Translations under genes and position numbers: made by a program | Notes under the pieces: generated by a model | Databases searched by the model: none | Seen by the model: only the letters and a program-made list of their open reading frames with translations | What the model was told of the DNA's origin: nothing | Shown here: positions 9,695-18,649 of the stretch, one piece after another | Layout of the letters: each line of letters starts with the position of its first letter | How positions within the stretch are numbered: the first letter of the stretch is position 1 | Assembly (NCBI GenBank): GCA_964590205.1 | Contig: CAZPVO010000001.1 | Span: 47,873 to 111,872, forward strand | Direction: 5' to 3' | DNA: 64,000 bases | Origin: an uncultured Candidatus Saccharibacteria bacterium | GTDB lineage: Bacteria > Patescibacteriota > Saccharimonadia > Saccharimonadales > JAGQNJ01

Positions 9695-10870
9695 ATGAAA
9701 GTAGTTATTGTTGGTGGTGGGTTTGGTGGAGTGCGGGCAGCACTTGGTCTTGCCAACAAAACTGGCGTTGAAGTAACGCTTATTTCTAGTCAGCCTTATT
9801 TTCAATATTTCCCAGCATTGTACCGCACAGCAACTGGCCGTTCACCATTCGAAGCAATGGTGCCATTGAGTGATTTTTTTGAGTACGCCAAAAATATTAC
9901 GGTTCTTGAAGATATTATTGTTGATATTGATGCGAAAGGTAAAGCGGCAGTCAGTGCGGCTGGCTCACATTATAAATACGATGCACTTGTTTTGGCGCTC
10001 GGTAACGTAACAGCGTTCTTTGGCATAAAAGGTCTAGAAGATTATGCGTATGGAGTCAAAAACATCGAGGAAGCCTACAAACTGAAGCGTCATTTGCATG
10101 ATCAGTTGATGCATGATGAATCAGCAGAGCGTAACTATGTCGTTGTTGGTGCGGGAGCAAGTGGTGTAGAGCTGAGTGCCGAGCTAACGTACTACCTTAA
10201 AAAAATTCGCAAAAAACACAAAATCGACAGTAAGTTTACGATTGATCTTATCGAGGCGGCACCACGACCACTTGGGGCAATGCCTGAAAATTTTTCGGCG
10301 CAGGTTGATAAACGTCTCAAAAAACTAGGTATCAAAACTTATTACAATACCGCGGTAAAAGCCGAGAAAATTGATGAAATTGAACTGCCACGAGGTCCGA
10401 TTAGTTCGCACACCGTCATTTGGACGGCGGGCTTAACTAATAATCCATTTTTTGCTAAGTTCAAGAATCTTTTTGAGTTTGGCAAAGCTGGGCGAGTTGT
10501 TGTTGATGAGCATCTGCAAGCTGCACCTGACATTTACATTATTGGCGACAGTGCAGTTACTGAATTTAGTGGTATGGCTCAAACTGCCATGCATAACGCT
10601 TCATTTGTGGTTGATTGTATTCTTCGTACGGCGCACGGCCGCAAACTGCGCAAATATCATCCCAAACGGCCGGTGTATGCTATCCCAGTTGGTCCCTATT
10701 GGACAGCTGTACTGTGGGGTAAAGTGCAAATATTGGGTTTTCCCGGTTGGGTGTTAAGGCGTCTTGCAGACCTAAGACTGTATCTGACATTTTTGCCGCT
10801 TTCAAAAGCGTTCATCACCTGGCGCTACGGCTTTGTTGACGAAGAAGCCTGCCCAATCTGCAAGCAATAG
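9695..10870 (+). CDS. ndh: Type II NADH dehydrogenase (NDH-2)-like FAD-dependent pyridine nucleotide-disulfide oxidoreductase
   Basis: Two Rossmann GxGxxG motifs (VVIVGGGFGGV and VVVGAGASGVE) and an IYIIGD motif; 391 aa. Confidence 0.8.
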   Translation: MKVVIVGGGFGGVRAALGLANKTGVEVTLISSQPYFQYFPALYRTATGRSPFEAMVPLSDFFEYAKNITVLEDIIVDIDAKGKAAVSAAGSHYKYDALVLALGNVTAFFGIKGLEDYAYGVKNIEEAYKLKRHLHDQLMHDESAERNYVVVGAGASGVELSAELTYYLKKIRKKHKIDSKFTIDLIEAAPRPLGAMPENFSAQVDKRLKKLGIKTYYNTAVKAEKIDEIELPRGPISSHTVIWTAGLTNNPFFAKFKNLFEFGKAGRVVVDEHLQAAPDIYIIGDSAVTEFSGMAQTAMHNASFVVDCILRTAHGRKLRKYHPKRPVYAIPVGPYWTAVLWGKVQILGFPGWVLRRLADLRLYLTFLPLSKAFITWRYGFVDEEACPICKQ

Positions 10871-10924
10871 CAATTTGATTCTGGCGTGCTTATGCTACAA
10901 TTGTCTTTGCACATTAAGTTAACA

Positions 10925-11097
10925 ATCAAGTATCACGAGTGCAGCGAGAGAACTAGCTCTATGACCTGCCGGCAACCAGTCCGTAACTAACGAGACGAAC
11001 CAGGTGCCCCTTCTAGCCCAAGTGGAAAGATAGGTAAGTTCATATGCTCCTTTCTATTCCGCTCGAGCGGGGATGATACGAAAAAGGAGTATTTTTT
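10925..11097 (+). promoter_or_regulatory. SAM-I (S-box) riboswitch with a probable SD-sequestering expression platform
   Basis: TATCACGAG...GCGAGAGAACTAGCTCTATGACCTGCCGGCAACC...GGTGCCCCTTCTAGC...AGATAGG matches the conserved S-box core (ATCAAGAG / GAGGGA / ATGA..CC.GCAACC / GGTGC.AA.TCC). CTCCTTT (11047-11053) is complementary to the SD AAAGGAG (11083-11089). The element lies directly upstream of metK. Confidence 0.75.
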
Positions 11098-12069
11098 ATG
11101 TCACTAGCCCAAGAATCAATTCGAACAGCCGAGAGTGTTTCACCGAAACATCCTGATAAACTGTGCGACCAAATTTCTGACGCTGTGTTGGATGCGTACT
11201 TAAAACAAGATCCAAAATCTCGTGTGGCTGTTGAAGCACTTGGTGGTCACGGCAAAGTGTATGTTGTGGGCGAAGTTACCAGTAGTGGAAACGTTGAAGT
11301 TGAACCAATTGTGAAGCGACTGGCTGGTGATGTAGAAATTCAAGTGAATATTGTTAAGCAAAGTCCAGAAATTGCTCAAGGCGTTGACACTGGCGGTGCC
11401 GGTGACCAGGGAATTATGGTTGGCTATGCTTGTAGCGATACACCGGAACTTTTGCCGCTGGAGACAATTTTGGCTCGCAAACTTAACCGGTATCTTTATG
11501 AAAAATGGCCGTATGATGGTAAAACTCAAGTGACAATTCGTGACGGCAAAATCGAAGCTGTGGTGGCAAGTTTTCAGAATGCTCCAGCTGCCGAACTCGA
11601 AGCGGCAATTAATGATTGGCTCAAAGAAGTTGATCATTTAGACAAGGTTGCTATTCATGCGAACCCGGCGGGCGACTGGAACCAAGGTGGCTTTGACGCT
11701 GACACAGGCTTAACTGGTCGAAAACTCGTTGTCGATAACTACGGTCCAAGAATCCCAATTGGCGGCGGCTGTTTTAGTGGTAAAGATCCATCCAAAGTTG
11801 ACCGCTCAGCTGCCTACATGGCCCGCAAGATTGCTTGCGACTACCTGAAAAAGCGAAATGCAAAAGAAGTATTTTGTCACCTTGCCTACGCGATTGGCTA
11901 CGCACAACCACTTGAAGCAACAGTTACGGTTGATGGCAAACAAGAAGAAGTTGAAGGCTACGATTTAACACCAAATGGCATCATCGAAAGCTTGAACTTG
12001 CGCACCCCACAGTACGAAGTCACCGCTCAGTATGGTCACTTCGGCAACGATTTCCCTTGGGACAAATAG
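11098..12069 (+). CDS. metK: S-adenosylmethionine synthetase, compact form (323 aa)
   Basis: ESVSPKHPDKLCDQISDAVLDA, GAGDQGIMVGYA, GGGCFSGKDPSKVDRSAAY motifs. It is about 60 aa shorter than typical bacterial MetK. Confidence 0.9.
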   Translation: MSLAQESIRTAESVSPKHPDKLCDQISDAVLDAYLKQDPKSRVAVEALGGHGKVYVVGEVTSSGNVEVEPIVKRLAGDVEIQVNIVKQSPEIAQGVDTGGAGDQGIMVGYACSDTPELLPLETILARKLNRYLYEKWPYDGKTQVTIRDGKIEAVVASFQNAPAAELEAAINDWLKEVDHLDKVAIHANPAGDWNQGGFDADTGLTGRKLVVDNYGPRIPIGGGCFSGKDPSKVDRSAAYMARKIACDYLKKRNAKEVFCHLAYAIGYAQPLEATVTVDGKQEEVEGYDLTPNGIIESLNLRTPQYEVTAQYGHFGNDFPWDK

Positions 12070-12072
12070 TTA

Positions 12073-12366
12073 CTATCGAGGATATTTAGGCCAATCGGCA
12101 CTCAAGAGCGGATTTGGCATGGTAAAAATTGAAGCATTAACGTTTGCCGTCGGCGTGCCTTCTTGAGCAATACGCGCATGCATGTGCATATCTGGAATAA
12201 CACTTGAGTCGCGTTTGCTGCTACTCTTGTATGTATCAATGAGGCGTATAGCTCTTAGTAGTGGTAACTGACCACGTAGCATTCTGGCAGTAATTTCGCT
12301 TTCGCCTACTACTTCGGCGACTATAACTTCCGGTTTACTTTCTGGATTACTTGCACCTCTTGTCAT
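12073..12366 (-). CDS. Hypothetical protein (97 aa)
   Basis: The only long ORF in a 400-nt gap, convergent with metK. It has no SD, and an AT-rich -10-like sequence sits close to the ATG. No family was recognised. Confidence 0.35.
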   Translation of the reverse strand: MTRGASNPESKPEVIVAEVVGESEITARMLRGQLPLLRAIRLIDTYKSSSKRDSSVIPDMHMHARIAQEGTPTANVNASIFTMPNPLLSADWPKYPR

Positions 12367-12421
12367 AAACTCACGATAATATATCTTGCTTAAAACGTCA
12401 ATAGTATGAAATTGCTTATGC

Positions 12422-12450
12422 TTGCATTGGCGGTAAGGCAGAGTGATACT
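12422..12450 (+). promoter_or_regulatory. Candidate promoter of the PurO-like gene, abutting a GCTTATGC box
   Basis: GCTTATGC (12414-12421) is followed immediately by TTGCAT (12422-12427), a 17-nt spacer and GATACT (12445-12450). Confidence 0.45.
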
Positions 12451-12477
12451 AAGCCTAACAAGTAACTGGAGGGATAA

Positions 12478-13329
12478 ATGGTAGAACTTGATTTGTATCG
12501 TATGCAGGCAGAAATCGATGCCGGTCGGGAAACATTAGCGGCCAACGAGTACCCGGGGCGAGTAATTATCCAGGGCTTAAGTGAGGATGGCAAGCTTGGC
12601 TTGCAGGCCTATGCTCTAACAGGCCGTGGCGAGGGCTCTAAGCGAAGAATTTTTATTCAAGAAGGCGATACTATTCGAACTGTTGCACCTGGAATGACTC
12701 CAGAGGAAATGAATGCGGTGCCAAATGCAGCTTTAATTTACTACCGAGCCATGGAGAGTTTTCGGCGTGTACACGTTGTTTCCAATGGCGCTCAGACCGA
12801 ACACCTTATGACCGGTATTTTGGATGGTAAAACGCTTGAACAATCTTTGCGTGATGCACCAACAGTTACTGTAGACGGCCCGGATGGACCAGAAGAAATT
12901 GATCTTTCAAAGTACGAACCCGATGGTCCAAAAGACGGCCCAATGAATTACACTCCACGAATCAATGCAGTTATGGACCTAAGAAGATTTAATCCAGCTG
13001 GGTTTGGACTAACTATTGTGCGAAAAAATCCAGATAGCATGGATCCAATTTACGAGAGTTATCACGCACCTGGTGGACAATTTCCTCAAGGGACTGGTTT
13101 TGGTATTCAAACATACCTTGGTAACGGCACGCCATTACCTTCATACGATAAAGAGCCATTTGTCTTCCCACTTGGTGACTCTGCAAAAGAAGTTGCGCAA
13201 GATTTGTGGGATACACTTGCTGCTGATAAACGGGCAGCAGTTGTTGTAAAGGCAATTGATCTTGAGTCATGGGATGTTTTGCCACCTGTCTTTATCGACA
13301 ATTACGAGAATCCTCGCATCGCCGCTTAA
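12478..13329 (+). CDS. IMP cyclohydrolase-like (archaeal PurO family) protein with internal insertions
   Basis: N-terminal NEYPGRVIIQGLSEDGKLGLQAYALTGRGEGSKRRIF closely resembles the PurO-family signature (YPGRG.i.G...dG....vYa.tGRS..SrnR). GGAGGG SD upstream. Confidence 0.6.
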   Translation: MVELDLYRMQAEIDAGRETLAANEYPGRVIIQGLSEDGKLGLQAYALTGRGEGSKRRIFIQEGDTIRTVAPGMTPEEMNAVPNAALIYYRAMESFRRVHVVSNGAQTEHLMTGILDGKTLEQSLRDAPTVTVDGPDGPEEIDLSKYEPDGPKDGPMNYTPRINAVMDLRRFNPAGFGLTIVRKNPDSMDPIYESYHAPGGQFPQGTGFGIQTYLGNGTPLPSYDKEPFVFPLGDSAKEVAQDLWDTLAADKRAAVVVKAIDLESWDVLPPVFIDNYENPRIAA

Positions 13330-13353
13330 GCTTAAACGCTGTATAATTGGGTC

Positions 13354-14493
13354 ATGGATAATGATCTAAAACCCGTAAATAAGTCACAAGTGTCTCAAAC
13401 ACCAAAAGAAACGGCACCAAGTCCGACTCCGGCGGTTCCAGAAGTTTCACCCGAGGAAGAAAAAGCTAAAAAACGACGAAAGTTTGAGCTTTGGCTTTTG
13501 ATTGTATTTATTTTGCTTACGGCACTTACGGCAGCCTTTTGGTACTTTAGGGTGCGATCTAAGCCAGTGACCTCGCAACCACAACAGGCAACCACAACAC
13601 CTCAGCCAACGGTAGCGAAAAGCAGCAATTTAACGCTTGATCCCAACAAAAATTATGGCAATAAATACGCCAATGGATTATTGCCGGTTGGCGATAATAA
13701 ATATCAAGCCACTGGTGCCAAGAAGGGCTCGGTGTACGTTTGCAGTGGCTACGCTAATAATTTACAAGCTGGAGGCGGCGGAGCTGGCTCTCGTGGCCCG
13801 TGGTTTACCAACAACAACACACAGTACGACATTAATAAAAAAGCCAAAGTTAGTGGCAATGTCAGCTGGAAGGGCAATATTACCAACACAGTAGCAGGTG
13901 ATACGAGAACAATCACGAGCAATGACTTGCCTGTTGACCACACGACGGGCGTATTCCCAATCGATCGAACTGATGCTGCGGCGTATGCCTACGATAAAAA
14001 TCCAAATAGCATAAAATCTAAAAATAACACCTACGCACTGAGCGCTAATCCTACGTATGGTGATCCACAATGCCTGGGCGGACAAGTCGGTGTAATGCTC
14101 ACGGGCGTCGCGTTGTTTAACGGTTTTGACGCGGCCGGTCGAGACGCAGGCGCGTGGGAAGTACAAGACGATTGTAGTGGTCATCCGGAAAAGACCGGTG
14201 AATATCACTATCACACGCTCAGCGGCTGCATCAAAGACGTTTCGGTAAATACTGTAATTGGCTATGCACTCGATGGATTTCCAATAACTGGACCAAAAGT
14301 TGGCGATAATAATTTTCTGACAACAGATGATTTAGACGAATGCCACGGCATCACCAGTCAAGTTACGATTGATGGCAAAAAGGTAACAACCTATCACTAC
14401 GTGATGACACAAGATTTTCCATACTCAGCCAGTTGCTTTAGGGCCAAAGCAATCAACCCACCTGGACAACCAGCTCGAGGCGCGCAGCCGTAA
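13354..14493 (+). CDS. Membrane-anchored extracytoplasmic YHYH-domain protein
   Basis: One TM segment (LWLLIVFILLTALTAAFWYF). GEYHYHTLSGC and TYHYVMTQDFPYSASCF motifs are characteristic of the YHYH family. Confidence 0.65.
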   Translation: MDNDLKPVNKSQVSQTPKETAPSPTPAVPEVSPEEEKAKKRRKFELWLLIVFILLTALTAAFWYFRVRSKPVTSQPQQATTTPQPTVAKSSNLTLDPNKNYGNKYANGLLPVGDNKYQATGAKKGSVYVCSGYANNLQAGGGGAGSRGPWFTNNNTQYDINKKAKVSGNVSWKGNITNTVAGDTRTITSNDLPVDHTTGVFPIDRTDAAAYAYDKNPNSIKSKNNTYALSANPTYGDPQCLGGQVGVMLTGVALFNGFDAAGRDAGAWEVQDDCSGHPEKTGEYHYHTLSGCIKDVSVNTVIGYALDGFPITGPKVGDNNFLTTDDLDECHGITSQVTIDGKKVTTYHYVMTQDFPYSASCFRAKAINPPGQPARGAQP

Positions 14494-15002
14494 TGGCGAA
14501 TTACAAAGGTCACATCGCTGGCGCGGTTGGTGTGAACACGGTGTATGTTGGAGCTTTAGTTGTAGCGCCCGGCACAGTTATTGCGCATACGGCTGGGCTG
14601 CTGAGTAAATGGCAATTCGTTGCTGCATTATTTGTGGTGGCCATATTGTTTGGCTTGTTTCCAGATATAGATACGAACTCCAAAGGCCAGGACATTTTCT
14701 ACGGTGCGGCCATTATTATCGACGTGCTTTTAATTTGGCAACACTACTTGGAAGCTGCGGCCTATTTAGGTTTGCTAGCAATGACGCCGGTGCTCAGCAA
14801 GCATCGCGGCTGGACACACACCAAGCTTGCCATGTTGCTTGTGCCGCTCCCGATCATCGTGGTGCCGTATCTGTACCGCAAAAGTGTTTTGATTACGGCA
14901 CTCATTTTTTACGGCGCAGCGGTAGCCGGTTACTTTAGCCACTTATTATTAGACGGAAAAATTACGCGCCATATCCAAATCCACTGCCAAGGCGAATTCT
15001 AA
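14493..15002 (+). CDS. YdjM/DUF457-like membrane-bound metal-dependent hydrolase
   Basis: N-terminal YKGHIAGA, polytopic, with HRGWTHT and HLLLD motifs. The start overlaps the preceding stop (TAATG). Confidence 0.55.
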   Translation: MANYKGHIAGAVGVNTVYVGALVVAPGTVIAHTAGLLSKWQFVAALFVVAILFGLFPDIDTNSKGQDIFYGAAIIIDVLLIWQHYLEAAAYLGLLAMTPVLSKHRGWTHTKLAMLLVPLPIIVVPYLYRKSVLITALIFYGAAVAGYFSHLLLDGKITRHIQIHCQGEF

Positions 15003-15066
15003 ATCTTAAATTAAATCATTCGTACACTTGACTTGCATAGCATAAGCTAGTTAGGCTGGGTATACG

Positions 15067-16344
15067 ATGTTATCAATCAATAAAGAAACGGCTCTAAACC
15101 TGTTCACCTTCGGTCACAAGCATACTGACTTGACCGTTAAGGATGTTGAGCACGCGCGCGAATACATTGAAAACTATTGGCACAAACTCAAACGCTTTCA
15201 TCCCAAAGACGATGGCGTATTGGTTGGTCTGCCTAAGCCGTATTTGGTCCCGAGTTACGAAGAAGGTCACGAGTTTGACTTCAACGAGCTTTACTACTGG
15301 GACAGTTATTTTATGGCCCAGGGTTTATTAGATGAAGAGCACAAAGAGTTAGTTATCGGAATTCTCGACGATTTATTTTCGCTTTTCAATCGCTTCAAAA
15401 TTATTCCAAATGCTTCTCAGCTGTACTTTACCAGTCGCTCGCACCCGCCATTTTTAACATCGTTTATTTTTGATGTGTATGATCATTTTGGCAAAGATAC
15501 CAAGTGGCTCAAAAATGCCATTAGCGTAGCCGAGGCCGAATACGAAACAGTTTGGATGGGTGAGCGAAAGCCAAATGCCCGCCAGGTGTACCGGGGGCTC
15601 AGCCGCTACTACGACATTAACTATTTGAACGACATTGCCGAAACTGAGAGCGGTTGGGATATGACACCACGCTTTAACCGCAAAGCGCTCAATTATTTAC
15701 CGATTGATCTGAACGCCTTGCTGTATAAATACGAAACCGATTTTGCCCGAGCAGCTCAAATTATGGGCAAAAAAGATAAGGCTATTATGTGGTCGGAGCG
15801 TGCAGCTGCTCGTAAACTGACCATTGATGAATTGATGTGGAGCAACTCACGCAAGATGTATTTTGACTACAATTATGTCAAAGAACGTCGTGGGTCGGTC
15901 AGCTCGTTGGCAACTTTTTACCCAATGTGGGCAGGCATGGTCAGCGACGAACAGGCTGCTGATCTAGTAAAAAATCTCAAGAAATTTGATAACAAAGGCG
16001 GCTTGGCCACGACAGATCAACAGTTGAATATAAAAATGGCTACTGCTGGACTGGCGTCGACCATGCCAACACAATGGGCATATCCAAATGGCTGGGCACC
16101 ACTGCACTTTATTGTAGTGAAGGGTTTGCAGCGCTATGGCTATCACGATGACGCGCGGCGTATTGCCATGAAATGGCTTAAGACAAATCTGGATTGGTTC
16201 AAAAAACATCACATTTTCCTGGAAAAATATAATGTGGTGCAGCCAGAGAAACCACCGGCCAAGGGAATTTATCCATCACAAACTGGGTTTGGCTGGACTA
16301 ACTCCGTTTTTGAGCGCTTCTGCCGTGAATTCATTGATCACTAA
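15067..16344 (+). CDS. treA: Alpha,alpha-trehalase (GH37)
   Basis: ELYYWDSYF and QWAYPNGWAPL match the two GH37 trehalase signature regions; 425 aa, with no signal peptide seen. Confidence 0.85.
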   Translation: MLSINKETALNLFTFGHKHTDLTVKDVEHAREYIENYWHKLKRFHPKDDGVLVGLPKPYLVPSYEEGHEFDFNELYYWDSYFMAQGLLDEEHKELVIGILDDLFSLFNRFKIIPNASQLYFTSRSHPPFLTSFIFDVYDHFGKDTKWLKNAISVAEAEYETVWMGERKPNARQVYRGLSRYYDINYLNDIAETESGWDMTPRFNRKALNYLPIDLNALLYKYETDFARAAQIMGKKDKAIMWSERAAARKLTIDELMWSNSRKMYFDYNYVKERRGSVSSLATFYPMWAGMVSDEQAADLVKNLKKFDNKGGLATTDQQLNIKMATAGLASTMPTQWAYPNGWAPLHFIVVKGLQRYGYHDDARRIAMKWLKTNLDWFKKHHIFLEKYNVVQPEKPPAKGIYPSQTGFGWTNSVFERFCREFIDH

Positions 16345-16931
16345 ACTTCGTCAGCGAAAGAACTGATTGTGCGCTCAAAGCGTTGCAAGGTACCCATAAG
16401 AGCAAGGTTGACGCTTGTTCGCATTGCTTCCCAAAATAGCAAGGTGCTTGTAGGCTCGGCCTCTGACATGCTCAAGAAATCTTTAAAACCGTGATAATTT
16501 ATAGCGATCGCAGCATCCGCAACAGTATCAATTTTGTCGTAGTTTTTGGGCTTTTCTTCTTCATTTATATGATCGAACCAGCCATGCATTAAGTTATATC
16601 CTGCAACTGCTTCGCTAGCACAGATGAGTCCACCAACTTGCAAGGCCATTTCGGCTGGGTTCATATGTATTTTGCGCTCATCAAGCTCAGTCGTGGAAGC
16701 AGTTAAGGCAAGTTCGGCTAGGTTTCTGCCTTGCTGAAGATATAAATCCAAAGCCGAGTCAAAAGACTCGAGTCTAGAGGTTGGCTTATCATGAATCATA
16801 AGCCAGTAAACTTCGTAGCGAGAATATTCTGGCTCAACAAAATCTTCAAAAGCAAAACCATTCATTGCTACATCGGAGGTTACTAACGAAACCACCTCAG
16901 AAGCATCGTAACCGCCGTTACTTGCTGCCAT
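16341..16931 (-). CDS. Hypothetical protein (196 aa), third gene of an unknown three-gene cluster
   Basis: Long ORF whose ATG overlaps the upstream ORF by 14 nt. Its stop overlaps the trehalase stop tail-to-tail by 4 nt. Acidic and probably helical. Confidence 0.6.
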   Translation of the reverse strand: MAASNGGYDASEVVSLVTSDVAMNGFAFEDFVEPEYSRYEVYWLMIHDKPTSRLESFDSALDLYLQQGRNLAELALTASTTELDERKIHMNPAEMALQVGGLICASEAVAGYNLMHGWFDHINEEEKPKNYDKIDTVADAAIAINYHGFKDFLSMSEAEPTSTLLFWEAMRTSVNLALMGTLQRFERTISSFADEV

Positions 16932-17346
16932 AGTCTATCCCCATTTTCTTTAGAGGTAATCCCAAAGTTCGCGATTCGTGCAACGCTCGAAAGGCCTGAA
17001 ATGTTGCGCTGAATTCATCCTTTATTTGTGTATCCAGTGCTGACTTAATAGCTTCATCGACAATGCCTTTATGCTCGGTCATAAGTTTTTCTGCATAGAT
17101 CGAATGTGCATCCTCGGGCATTAACATATCTGGAATGTCACCTGACATAACATATGATCTAGTCAATAATTTACCAGGTGTATTCAACCGGCCAGGTGAT
17201 AAAGTAGCGTTTGCAATGAGCTGTCTCCACCATGAGGCGTTGTCAATATATGCTTCGGTTGCGGCGGCAAAATCAGTATCAATTTTTCCAATTCTAGTGG
17301 TTGCTTCTTGAGCGGCGACTCTCTTTGCGATACCTTTGTGAAGCAA
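16918..17346 (-). CDS. Hypothetical protein (142 aa), second gene of the cluster
   Basis: The TTG start lies 1 nt after the upstream TGA. This frame is open for a further 63 nt upstream without another start codon. Confidence 0.5.
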   Translation of the reverse strand: MLHKGIAKRVAAQEATTRIGKIDTDFAAATEAYIDNASWWRQLIANATLSPGRLNTPGKLLTRSYVMSGDIPDMLMPEDAHSIYAEKLMTEHKGIVDEAIKSALDTQIKDEFSATFQAFRALHESRTLGLPLKKMGIDYGSK

Positions 17347-17347
17347 G

Positions 17348-17647
17348 TCAAGAGTTGCTTCGCTGATCGGATGCTTCTTGGCCGTAATTTTTATAGAGTC
17401 TAAAAATATCTATTGCTTTGGCGAGACCGCTGTTTACTAGTTCAGCAGTCGATTTTGTATACACTTTTATGGCCTCTACACTGGCATCAATAGATCCTTG
17501 GTAAGCTTGTGGTGTTTGTGCGAGTCTAACTGTGCTGTCAATCACTTGCTGTCTTTGCAACTCATAATCAGTACCTTGAACAAAATAACCGCGTCCAACA
17601 CCGGCATTTAACGCTGCCTCTAATGAGTTTCCGAAAGCAACAGACAT
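17348..17647 (-). CDS. Hypothetical small protein (99 aa), first gene of the cluster
   Basis: ATG start after an AT-rich divergent promoter region. No TM segment and no family recognised. Confidence 0.55.
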   Translation of the reverse strand: MSVAFGNSLEAALNAGVGRGYFVQGTDYELQRQQVIDSTVRLAQTPQAYQGSIDASVEAIKVYTKSTAELVNSGLAKAIDIFRLYKNYGQEASDQRSNS

Positions 17648-17847
17648 GATTGTTAATTATATAATTTAAATGATTAAAAGTCAATAATTCATAAGCAGTT
17701 TTGTGCATCTTTGTTGTGTTTTTGTAAAAACCATATTCTTACCTGTTAATACCTAACTTTACAGAGACTAGAGTTGTATATTCCGCTTTTGCTTATGTAA
17801 TACTGTGTGCTTACTATGTAAAGATAAGCAAAGTCTCAGGAGGGTTT

Positions 17848-18639
17848 ATGTCCGCAGAACTTATTAGAGAAAGTCAAGAATTGCCACGTGACCATGCTAT
17901 TTTGGCGTTAGATCGCATGACTTGGAATCAGGCAACCGAATTAATGGATGAGGTTGGGCCATATATTGGGATGATAAAGGCTAACTCTATCGCTCAGCGA
18001 CAAGGATGGGATCATGCAAACGGTGTTGCCCACAGCTTTAACATGGAACTTATGGGAGATCCAAAATACCACGATACTGGGCGGACGATGGAAGATCATT
18101 TGTATGAACATACTATGAGCGGATCTCGCTTTATTACGCTCCATGCCCAAGAAGGTGTAGCCAACATGCAATCCGCCGTTAAAGGCCGCAATGCTGGTCG
18201 TAAAGAATTGGAAGAAGAAAAAGGATTTGGATACCCCCTTGTCGGCACATTACTGGGCATAACCATTTTGACTGGAGTGAGCGAAGAAGAAGCTCAACGA
18301 AAGTATGGTAAATCTGTCAGTGAAATGGTGAAAGAGTACGCGCTCGATGCTCGAACGGCTGGATTGGAGGGCACAGTTTCATCTGGTCACGAGCTGACAA
18401 TGCTTCAAGAAGATCCACGAACGAGGGGTATGTTAAAAGTTATTCCAGGAATTGTACTTGATAACTCAGGCCCATTACCAGAAGGTCAGCAAAGAGTCAT
18501 GACAGTATATGACGCAGTAAAAAATGGTGCTGACTTTGTGGTACTCGGTAGCGCTGTTACAAAAGCAGATGATCCTGTTGCTGCAGCTCAAGAAGCAAAT
18601 GAACAAATTGAAGCAGGCTTAAGAGATAGGGCAGCATAA
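17848..18639 (+). CDS. pyrF: Orotidine-5'-phosphate decarboxylase-like protein (divergent)
   Basis: ILALD, DPKYHD (D-x-K-x-x-D), ITLHA, IPGI, QQRV and ADFVVLGSAVTKADDP occur in the OMPDC order. The usual phosphate-binding GR is GS here. AGGAGGG SD upstream. Confidence 0.7.
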   Translation: MSAELIRESQELPRDHAILALDRMTWNQATELMDEVGPYIGMIKANSIAQRQGWDHANGVAHSFNMELMGDPKYHDTGRTMEDHLYEHTMSGSRFITLHAQEGVANMQSAVKGRNAGRKELEEEKGFGYPLVGTLLGITILTGVSEEEAQRKYGKSVSEMVKEYALDARTAGLEGTVSSGHELTMLQEDPRTRGMLKVIPGIVLDNSGPLPEGQQRVMTVYDAVKNGADFVVLGSAVTKADDPVAAAQEANEQIEAGLRDRAA

Positions 18640-18649
18640 GGGGGTAAAA

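Noticed and set aside
11200-11637. Long antisense ORFs inside well-supported genes, for example 11200-11637 (-), 13762-14214 (-), 20169-20699 (-), 33009-33512 (-) and 44670-45014 (-)
   Set aside because: Each lies opposite a gene with clear family motifs (metK, the YHYH protein, metG, ftsA, uvrA) and has skewed composition typical of shadow ORFs.
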